From: Squalus acanthias
Taxonomy: Eukaryota
Direction of reading: 5' to 3'
Length of the DNA stretch: 64,000 nucleotides
Assembly (NCBI GenBank): GCA_030390025.1
Contig: JASTWF010000069.1
Coordinates: 434,001 to 498,000, forward strand
Shown in pieces: positions 54,290 to 64,000 of the stretch; the stretch's first letter is position 1; the number at the start of each line of letters is the position of its first letter. A model generated the notes under the pieces. It did not search any database. It was not told where the DNA came from and saw only the letters and a list, made by a program, of their open reading frames with translations. The translations under genes were made by a program, and so were the position numbers.

Positions 54290-54988
54290 CTGCCCCTCCG
54301 TCAGTGCATCGCTCCCTCAGTACTGCCCCTCCGTCAGTGCATCGCTCCCTCAGTACTGCCCCTCCGTCAGTGCGGCGCTCCCTCAGTACTGCCCCTCCGA
54401 CAGTGCGGCGCTCCCTCAGTTCTGCCCCTCCGACAGTGCATCGCTCCCTCAGTACTGCCCCTCCGACAGTGCGGCGCTCCCTCAGTACTGCCCCTCCGAC
54501 AGTGCAGCGCTCCCTCAGTACTGCCCCTCCGACAGTGCGGCGCTCCCTCAGTACTGCCCCTCCGACAGTGCAGCGCTCCCTCAGTACTGCCCCTCCGACA
54601 GTGCGGCGCTCCCTCAGTACTGCCCCTCCGACAGTGCGGCGCTCCCTCAGTACTGCCCCTCGACAGTGCGGCGCTCCCTCAGTACTGCCCCTCCGACAGT
54701 GCGGCGCTCCCTCAGTACTGCCCCTCCGTCAGTGCATCGCTCCCTCAGTACTGCCCCTCCGACAGTGCGGCGCTCCCTCAGTACTGCCCCTCCGACAGTG
54801 CGGCGCTCCCTCAGTACTGCCCCTCGACAGTGCGGCGCTCCCTCAGTACTGCCCCTCCGACAGTGCGGCGCTCCCTCAGTACTGCCCCTCCGACAGTGCG
54901 GCGCTCCCTCAGTACTGCCCCTCCGACAGTGCGGCGCTCCCTCAGTACTGCCCCTCCGACAGTGCGGTCGCTCCCTCAGTACTGCCCC
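54290..54988 (-). repeat. 33-bp minisatellite attached to DeuSINE body (~53968-54290)
   Basis: Same unit. Confidence 0.95.
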
Positions 54989-55002
54989 CCACCCACAGGA
55001 TT

Positions 55003-56195
55003 GTCAGTTTGATGTAGTCTACATAGATTTTAGCAAGGCTTTTGACAAGGTCCCACATGACAGTTTGAGCAGAAAAGTAAAAGCTCATGGGATCTAAGGG
55101 AAAGTTGGATCCAAAATAGGCTCAGTGGCAGGAAGCAAAGGGTAATGGCCGACGGGAGTTTTTGTGACTGGAAGGCTGTTTCCAGTGGGATTCCGTACTA
55201 GGTCCCTTGCATTTTGTGGTATATATCAATAATTTAGACTTCAATGTAGGGGATATGATTAAGAATTTTGCGGATCATCTAAAAATTGGCCGTGTGGTTG
55301 ATAGTGAGGAAGAAAGCTGTGGACTACAGGAAGATATCAATGGACTGGTCAGGTGGGCAGAGAAGTGGCAAATGGAATTCAAACTGGAGAAGTGTGAGGT
55401 AATGCATTTGTGGAGGGCTAACAAGGCAAGGGAATACACAATAAATGGTAGGATACTGAGACTTGTAGAGGAACAGAGGCTCCTTGGAGTGCATGTCCAC
55501 AGATCCCTGAAGGTAACAGGACAGGTAGATAAGGCGGTTAAGAAGGCATACGGGATACTTTCCTTTATTAGCCGAGGCATAGAATATAAGAGCAGGGAGG
55601 TTATGCTTAAATTGTATAAAACACTGGTCAGGCCACAGCTAGAGTACTGTGTACAGTTCTGGTCACCACATTACAGGAAAGACGTGATTGCACTAGAGAG
55701 GGTACAGAGGAGATTTACGAGGATGTTGCCAGGACTGGAGAATTTCTGCTATGAGGAAAGACTGGATAGGCTGGGGTTGTTTTCTTTGGAACAGAGGCGG
55801 CTGAGGGGAGATTTAATTGAGCTGTATAAAATGATGAGGGGCTCAGATAGAGTGGATAGGAAGGACCTATTTCCCCTAGCAGAGAGGTCAATAACCAGGC
55901 GGCAGAGATTTAAAGTAATTGGTAGAAGGATTAGAGGGGAGTTGAGGAGAACTTTTTTCACCCAGAGGGTGGTGGGGGTCTGGAACTCACTGCCTGAAAG
56001 GGTGGTAGAGGCAGAAACCCTCATCACATTTAAAAAGTACTTAGATATGCACTTGAAGTGCGTAACCTACAGGGCCATGGACCAAGAGCTGGAAAGTGGG
56101 ATTAGACTGGATAGCTCATTCGGCCGGCACAGACACGGTGAGTCGAATGGCCTCCTTCTGTGCTGTAAATTTCTCTGATTCTATTCTATGATTCA
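55003..56195 (+). mobile_element. CR1 RT fragment to 3' end
   Basis: DVVYIDFSKAFDKVPH…; 323-aa ORF; tail. Confidence 0.9.
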
Positions 56196-57220
56196 GTCTG
56201 TCTCGCTCTCGATCCTCCTGAAGTCTGTTCCTGCCCCATCTCGCTGTCTTATTACATTTCAGAGTTCCGTGTCATCTGCAAACTTTGAAATGATGCCCTG
56301 TATACCCCAGACCAGGTCATTAATATACATCAAAAGAGCAGTGGTCCCAACAGCAAGCCCTTGGACACCACTGTATACCTCCCTCCAGTCTGAAAAACAA
56401 CCGTTCACCGTTACTCTGCTTTCGGTCCTTAAACAAAGCAAGACTGTACATCCACTCGTATAAACAGGGGCTTCCCTTTAATCACAGGTTCAAAATGTAC
56501 ATATAGAAAAGTGACATTCCAGTATACAGGAGAGAGAAAGACAGACACATTATATACATTTATTTATTTATACAAAGGGCCTGAATTTGCGGTCGGAGGC
56601 TTCCCGCGGGGAAATGCCTCTGAACCCGAATAAAATCCGCGCCTGCCTGGTTCCTCGGGATCCACGTAGACTCGCCTTCCTGGGCCTCTCCGTGTATGCT
56701 GGCCCAACCAGGCCTTTTACCAGCACAAGAATTTCACGGGCATTCGCTGGGCAGTAGTTGGGACAATAGCCCAACTCTCCGACCCCGAATGCCCTTTTCC
56801 CGGGAATGGCTACGATCGGTCAAAAGGATTCTTGACAGATCGCAAATTCCGGGTTTTCGCGCATGCGCTTCATATAGAAATGCAGTATTTAAATATATAG
56901 GATATAAATGCATAATTTTTTGCTGTAATCTGTAAAACATCTGGAATATAAATTCTGTATATAAAGCAGTTGCTGGCAATGATGTCGTCGCTGGCTCTGG
57001 CTCGTGAGTGATGCTGCAGAGGGAGGTTCTGAAGCCTCTTCCCACATTCCCCACTGTGGGAGCGCCATCGCTACAAGGACTGCAGTGGTTCAAGTCGAGA
57101 TGGTCAAGAAATGGGGCCCTGCCAGCACCACCCACACCCTGAACAAGTAAAGAAATTAATCAGAAAGTGCCTGTTGTTCCCGCTCATTGATGGGATATTT
57201 GGGAGTTAGAATCTCTCACA

Positions 57221-58570
57221 GGGAGTGCTCAATGGGTTACACAGCTAAAGGTGGTCCTGAGACTGGGTTTGGACACAGTGTGTGACAGTAATGCTGAGAT
57301 ATAATACACAGGGAGTGCTCAATGGGTTACACAGCGAAAGGTGGTCCTGAGACTGGGTTTGGACACAGTGTGTGACAGTAATGCTGAGATATAATACACA
57401 GGGAGTGATCAATGGGTTACACAGCTAAAGATGGTCCTGAGACTGGGTTTGGACACAGTGTGTGACAGTAATGCTGTGATATAATACACAGGGAGTGATC
57501 AATGGGTTACACAGCTAAAGGTGGTCCTGAGACTGGGTTTGGACACAGTGTGTGACAGTAATGTTGAGATATAATACACAGGGAGTGATCAATGGGTTAC
57601 ACAGCTGTTAGATTCGAATTTGGAGAAACTCTAGACGGAGACGGAATTGAGGACAAGTTCAGAATTTATTAAAATAAACAAAAGACTTGTGCACAAGGGA
57701 GAGCCACTCAGCTTCCTCAAGCTAGGGGCGCACTCTCTGAGGAACAAGTAACGGTTCATTCAATTTATACATTTCTATAAGCACCGCCCACTTACTACAG
57801 AATGGGACGTACACGTACAAACAGTGTCACTACAGTTACTCTCTATTGGTTATATGGTTAGTCACTCAACTGTCGGGCCCTCCCCTTGAACCCTGACCAT
57901 GCCAGTCACAGATGTTGGTTGCCTCATCCTACTCCCCAAATTCTTGCTGTTATCTCTTCCTTTGCGGGCATAGTTTATAGTTTGAGAAAACATATTTTAT
58001 CCCTAGCTGTCGGACAGAGCGGGGTGGCTCAAGGCCGTAATGGCTTGGATGCTCAGTGACTGGAACCGTGTTGGTCATTAATTGCTCCCTTATCTCTTGG
58101 GAGACCAGGTTCGAATAGTAGATGTACCCCCCGTGCCTGGAACTGTGTTGGTTGTTAATTGCTCCCTTATCTCTTGGGAGGCCAGGCTGTGCTTTGACAA
58201 TGGCTCTACTGAGGTTGTGAATACATATATCCCAAGGTTTGATAAGGGGAGGGAGGCACCTTCCAGTCTACAAATATGCCTTAGTTAGCTAAACCTACTA
58301 TCTGAGTAAAGTAGAGGGTTAATGTAGTCAAGTATCCCAGCATTCTTTGGGAACAAGCAGGATCCTTCAGTAGTAGTCAAGTATCCCAGAGTTCTTTGGG
58401 AACAAGCTGGATCCTTCACAGCTAAAGGCGGTCCTGAGACTGGGTTTGGACACAGTGTGTGACAGTAATGCTGAGATATAATACACGGAGTGCTCAATGG
58501 GTTACACAGCTAAAGGTGGTCCTGGATGTTCCTGAGACTGAGCTTGGACACAGTAATGCTGCGATATAAT
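57221..58570. repeat. 90-bp tandem repeat interrupted by the solo LTR
   Basis: Unit starts at 57221, 57311, 57401, 57491 and 57581; resumes at 58419. Confidence 0.9.
57606..58418 (-). mobile_element. Solo LTR (813 bp), unrelated in sequence to the 59219 LTR
   Basis: TG…CA termini; 4-bp TSD CAGC (57602-57605, 58419-58422); interrupts a 90-bp repeat unit. Minus-strand CCAAT (~57845), TATA-like (~57778), AATAAA (~57668) and U3 direct repeats. Confidence 0.85.
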
Positions 58571-59218
58571 GCATAGAATAAAATACCGATCAGATAGTTT
58601 TTCTAGTGAAGGGCAACAGTTCCATTGGGAGCTTATCTCCTCTGAGACTGTGCTGGTCAGAGGGGGAAGTGACTGCTGATCCCAAGCCTGAGCTCAGACT
58701 TCCCTCCAGGAGTCACTCGATAGAATGGCCTCCTTCTGTGCTGTGCTATTCTATGATAACTACAATACCGGGCTGGTCGGCCCCTCCCTGACCCAGGCAC
58801 AGTGCCGTGTAAACTCAGTCAGTGCTGGACAGCCAGGTTCCCCAGAAGGTTTTGTTCTCCAGCCGCTCCATTCTGATGCTCAGCTGCTGTTGTCACAGGG
58901 CCCCGTGCTTCATCCAAACAAGGCACGTTTGTCAAAGGGTCGTCAGTAGGTGCTGCTTCTGGATTGCTGGAGTCTCTATTTTGTTTCCTAGGAGAGAAAC
59001 CAGCAGAGTGCAGGTTACGTTAAAAGGATCCAACACTTTGGACAAGTGTGTAAAGGAGCCGTTCAGGAGCACAGACCGATTAAATTACACAACATCCTGG
59101 GCACCACTGGTAGCTGGAAAATGTGTCACAGGAGCTGCACGTTGATGGAGCAGAGTGTAGAGGAGAGGAGGTTTATAGGGGAGGCAATGGGCAGGAGCTG
59201 TACACTCCACAGGACCCG

Positions 59219-60995
59219 TGTAAGGGGTTCGCGGCGTGCTTGTATCGCAGACGGTGCTGGTGCGGGGTTCGGCCTTCGTTGCCTAATACTGTTGCTTGCT
59301 CTGGTCTCCGGCCAGCCTTGTTGCAATAAGCACCTGTGAGTGGTTCGACCCACTCGCCCTTACGGTTCTAACACTGGACTTCTGTGCGAGAGCAGTAATG
59401 CAGAGAAAAACTCAAATAGAACCGGTTGAATAGTACGAAATGGAAATCTTTATTGCATAGCGTCTAAAATCATGAAGTACATGTCATAGGCACAAATTAA
59501 CGATAGTACAAGTATACATACATTCATAAAGCTTGGTCTATGGTAATGAAGAACGCACGGCACATCGTAAAAAGGGGAACACATTATACTTTATCCTTAA
59601 CAAAACCACCCTCCCTTATCAATACCTACACTACATCTAGATTTGTAGGATCGGGAAACATGCTCACCACTCGTGATACTTCGGAGAATTTTAAAGTGAG
59701 GCACTCGGCTCGTTTCGCTGCAGCGCCTGACTGTCACGTGTTTGGAGGGGTCTCTGTACCCCACTTGTTTATCTTCGCTGCTGCGGCAAGCAGGCCAGAC
59801 CGTCTTTTGTCATGAAGAACTCGGCAGAACTCGGACACGTTTGTAAAATTCAAAGAGTCTTCCTGTACCGACACCGGTTGTCGGTAGGATTCAAAGAAGA
59901 GTCTTTGACCGGTTCGTGCAATAACCTGTAGAGTTCAAGAAGTGGGTCTTATATTTTCGGGCGCGGTCGGGGTTTACTGACCGCGGCGGCACGTGGATTC
60001 TTCTTCTTCTCGTCTCGTTTCGTGTTGTCTCTTCGGGCCTTCGGGTCAGACACCGTTTACCGACTCTCGGGATGGTGCACCCGGTCACTTACCTTTGTCG
60101 AGGCGGCTCGTTCCGTTTGAGCTCCACCCAACATTCGAATAACCGACCAGTACGGCTAAAAGTCAAGAGTCAACAATATCCAGCCCTCAAGAAGAGCTTC
60201 AGCAAGGGTCCGCCGAGAGATAAGAGTCGATTCAAGCAAATAAGAGCCAAATCAAGAGGCCGATGGACGTTTGTTCACTATAGTTATAGTGCTGTGTTCC
60301 CTTATCTCCCGCCCAAATCTTAATGTTTGTCCTTTGTGAAATATTGGCGCTCAAAACTCCCAGCATGGGGCGATTCTTGTCTTTAACAGGTTTCGGTAGC
60401 ACCTGAAACTGGCCAACTACCCGTTAATGTTTTCCCCATTGTTGACCCAGCCAGGATCGTATGAATCGTCTCCCTGACTGGTTTTGGGGGCCCCCGAATA
60501 CTTGTTTAATCACCCAAGAATGGCTCTCTCATTGTAGAGCCGTGGGGGTATTTGTGTATTGATGTGTCTGGATGGGCCTTCGATTGCCCAGTACAATGAA
60601 CCTTACTTGTGCATGGAAAACGATTCCAGCACTCATATCTTTTGCTATTGTTTCGAATGCAAACAGGTTGCATCCTGTCTTTAACAGTGTTTATCGAGTA
60701 TGATCCCGTCTTATATTGAAATGTTTATTCGAACGCCATCTTGTCTGCCCACTGAAATTCTGGAAGCTTCTGCCACGATGCGCGGTGGCCATTTTACAGG
60801 CTTCTGTGTCCTTTTTAATCATGACAGCATTTCGTTTAAATAAACTGATCAAACGAATCTGCTTCTCTCTCGTTATTTTGAATCGCGATAATTGCGAAAC
60901 TTTACAGTCCCTCCTGTTGATGCGAATAACTCCGCTTATCGTATCAATTAAAAGTGGTGGTGAGCAAAATTATCCCGATTCTCCACATCCAAACA
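59219..60995 (-). mobile_element. Putative 3' LTR (~1.8 kb) of the env-bearing element
   Basis: Minus strand ends …ccccttaCA at 59219, where similarity to the uninterrupted paralog (20777-21190) stops. A purine run aagttaagggag precedes TG at 60995 (this boundary is less certain). AATAAA near 59450; CCAAT- and TATA-like motifs near 60345 and 60285. Confidence 0.6.
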
Positions 60996-61322
60996 CTCCC
61001 TTAACTTAAACTAGCTATGGCCTCCATGCCGTCCTCATTTCCCAGGGAAAATTACACTGTTTAAACTTGGACAAATCGTAGGCAGTATTGCCTTTAAACT
61101 TACATCGCGTATACGCCTTCCAGGTGCAACAGGCCGATGCCTCTCGCACCACCTGTATGTGCATGTTTTTATTATACAAGGAAAAAATAATCAAAACAAC
61201 TCTTTTAAAATACAAAGTTCCAAACTTAGTTACACATCTACATAACTGAACAATCAATTACAAAACACACATGGTAAAATGGAGCGGCGTCATCCTGGCC
61301 GTTTACGCGGCGCTTTCTTCGT

Positions 61323-63644
61323 TCACGCGCACGTAACGTTCTCTCCACTCTCCTGCTTTGTGAGGTGTTTGCCTCTCTTGCAGTGTATGACCAAGAGGTA
61401 CACTACAATTATAACTTGGCACACAACCAAAATGTGGGAGGCTATCCTGATCCATGAAGGCACTTCAATATTAGTGAACAGATCCCACCACGGTGGGATC
61501 ACTATGTCCAGAATTTCTGTCCCTATCTCGACAGTCTTTTGTTCCAGGGTGTAAAAATGTTTTTGTGATACCGCGACGGCTTTCAAAAGCTTGGTGAGGT
61601 GTTCAGGGAGAGGGGGAATGATGTATCCGAAATGCGCGACGAATCGCTGCAAGTCGGTGAAATTCTCTTTTACTGTAAGATGAACAGTGGATGGTTCAGG
61701 GATCGGGACAATTCGCTGTTGTGCCACTTGAACTTCAGCCCTGGGTTTAAAACAGAAACTGCTGTCACTCACCGGACACCGGCTGTGGTTTCCATGCTGG
61801 TAGTGTTGCGCTGCAGTGGTAACGCAATATGTTCCACCCCCTATGTATGCCACCTGCGGAGGCACATGATCTTGTGTCATTGCCTCCATGGTGCAATTCA
61901 TGGGCTTCGCGCCAGCCGTTCTGAACCCGCATTGTGGTGTTAAAAAGGCATTCAAGTGCTGGGGACACAGTATTATGTGTGCTCCCCAGCCACGACAACC
62001 CGATAGGTCGGTACCTGTCATCGTTTGCTCCCAGCGGATGACGTAAGGTGGGACCGCTGCGTAGCGAACGTGGGCTCCCCCCTGAATGACACCAATGTTC
62101 TCTACCCGATACACCGGGGCGGGCTTTGCTGTGTCGCCCAAAACCGGCATACGTAGTACTATACCCATGATGGTATGGTTTGACCGTCCGCAGTCCACGG
62201 GGACTGGGTATGCCTCTGAGGCTAGCCTGAGCTGGCACGGGCTTAATGCGTTCTGGAAAGGGTGGAGCGCCTGCAGGTGTTTGTTACTTATCCAGGACGG
62301 GACCAAACCTTGTTTTAAATCCTCCAAATTACTGCGGCCCTCGCCCAGTAACCACGCCCCGTATAGTACGCACACCTCGTTCTGCGCAGCTTGATCGGAT
62401 GCATTCTGATCTTCCCTGATCAGGGCATTTACCGTTCTCGCATGTTTCTCCAGCTCTGCTATAATCTCCTTTAAGTGTAGTGTCATGGCCTGGTCCTCAT
62501 GTAACTCGGACCCTACTACCTTGTTTTCGCTTGTGAGGATGCTTTTTAATTGTGTTTTTAAACCATTTATCTGGGTCTGCAGCTCCACGTTGTCTAGAGC
62601 GTTGACCACAGATGTTCCTGTATTAAAGGCAGTGAACATATCGTTCACAACACCCCTTCTTTGTCTCCCCACCTGACCCAAAACTTCGTGTGGTGTGGTG
62701 TACAAGCTTGTTTTGTCAATCTCTGCAAAATCAAACTCGTAGAATTGTCTGAACATGTTTGTCAACAGGACCTGGTACAATTGTTCCGTCTCTTTGGGGC
62801 ACCACTCTGGCAAACGCACCTCGGTGAGATTTAAAATCACCGAGGCCACCGCGTAATGTACCCCTTGAAATAGTATCTGGTCTGTTGGGACCAATACCAA
62901 ACCATTCCCGGGCCCCTTAGTGGTTTTAGGGCACCCTTCCTCCTGAGCCAAAACCACCGGAATCGTGGGCGGAGACTTGCGTGGGCGCGTGATGAGTTCA
63001 GTGGCGTTTACCGGGATCGGGGAGTATGGAGCTCCGCACCCCTTTGTGCTGACATCCCACCTCATCCCTTTCCCGTTATCCTGCCACTGGTGTACGAAAA
63101 ATATGGATATACCCTTGGGGCAAATGTACTTCGATCCCCACATACAAACATATATTCCCTCATCCGGTTCCCACCATTTGTCCCAACAGACTTTCAATTG
63201 TCCGTTAGTCCCCGTAATTGTCCGATGGGTATTGTTACCCAATCGCTCCCACTCGACCGAGGAATTTCTCATATTCTTGCTCAATTTCCGTCACCACCAC
63301 CATCGGCTCAATGGGACCTTCCCATTGCATGTCAAACAAATCCTTTTGCCGACGGTGACGCTGATCCTGGGTGCAATGATCCTCACTCTGGGGCACATCA
63401 AAGAAGTCTCTTTGTAGGCAAATCCGGATGCGCTGGAGTATTCCGTCGAATTCGTTCCCAGCCATCCCGGCCACCTTCCCTTGTGGAAATAAGTGGCGGT
63501 CTCCTCAGCCTTTCGCTCCCCGGTCCCATCCGTCGCGATGGGGCCCGTGACCCCGGAGCAACCAAACACAACGACATCCTTGGTGAGGCCCCGATAGGCC
63601 AATCCATATCCGATCGTTGCGAGCACTATCAGAATCCGTTCCAT
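61323..63644 (-). CDS. env: Endogenous retroviral envelope, class I fusion protein (lokiretrovirus/Mononegavirales-F-like), 773 codons with one in-frame TGA at 63293-63291
   Basis: ORFs 63291..63644 and 61323..63284 are in the same frame (…tgg tgg tgg TGA cgg aaa ttg…). Signal peptide MERILIVLATIGYGLA; furin site RQRR then a fusion-peptide-like GVVNDMFTAFNTGTSVVN; heptad repeat; Cys-rich region; C-terminal TM (ILVVCQVIIVVYLLVIHC) and short tail. Candidate splice acceptor ttttatctgatcacAG (AG 63658-63657) just upstream of the ATG. Confidence 0.85.
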
Positions 63645-63862
63645 CTTTCCTGGTTCCTGTGATCAGATAAAATGATGTAGCCAGCCTCCCAAGAGTCTCT
63701 GGCTTTTGTGAAGGGTGAGCGGGTCCCTTGACCTCGTCTCACGTAAAAGGACATGTATACTGGATAGACTTTAACTATTCCTATCTCTAACTCCCATCAT
63801 TTTACCATTTACTATTAAAATTAAACTACAATCTTACTGAACTTAAAACTATAAACTTAAAC

Positions 63863-64000
63863 TTATGAACTTATAATCCTAAACTTAAACTGTACAGCGC
63901 CGCCCGTTCCCAGGGCACCCTCCCTGGCTAGCGCATCCGCCTGCTGGTTGCCCTCCCCGCGGGGTTCTGTGGAGGAGTGAGCCTTCACCTTATGGATGAA
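63863..64000 (-). CDS. pol: C-terminal end of retroviral-type RNase H (pol), runs off the window
   Basis: Manual translation from 64000: FIHKVKAHSSTEPRGEGNQQADALAREGALGTGGAVQFKFRIISS*, containing the KVKAH…GN..AD.LA RNase H motif. Confidence 0.8.
   Translation of the reverse strand, partial: FIHKVKAHSSTEPRGEGNQQADALAREGALGTGGAVQFKFRIISS

Noticed and set aside
62965-63662. Plus-strand ORFs of 150 and 190 aa overlapping env
   Set aside because: Antisense shadows of env with no recognisable motifs

Overview
Eukaryotic, repeat-dense DNA that is almost certainly from a shark or other elasmobranch, inferred from an HE1-type V-SINE, SacSINE1/DeuSINE-type SINEs and the shark-type CR1, L2, Tx1, Penelope and Harbinger fragments. 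Three things stand out. (1) The right end (59219-64000, minus strand) is the 3' part of an endogenous retrovirus-like element. An RNase H C-terminus is followed, with no integrase between them, by a 773-codon env with one in-frame TGA, then a ~1.8 kb LTR. The env has a signal peptide, an apparent Ig-like domain and a paramyxo/pneumovirus-F-like (lokiretrovirus-type) fusion subunit. (2) A spliced B7/butyrophilin-like single-IgV membrane-protein gene (16172-19502, +) is accompanied by four truncated V-exon copies. All four break at the same base, fused to a SINE-derived minisatellite. (3) The locus is a mosaic of direct and inverted segmental duplications with microhomology junctions, including a ~3.8 kb imperfect palindrome and several G-rich minisatellites; for one of these the unexpanded progenitor is in the window. 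Most long ORFs in the track are repeat translations. Family assignments come from motif recognition by eye; no searches were run, and boundaries of degraded elements are approximate.
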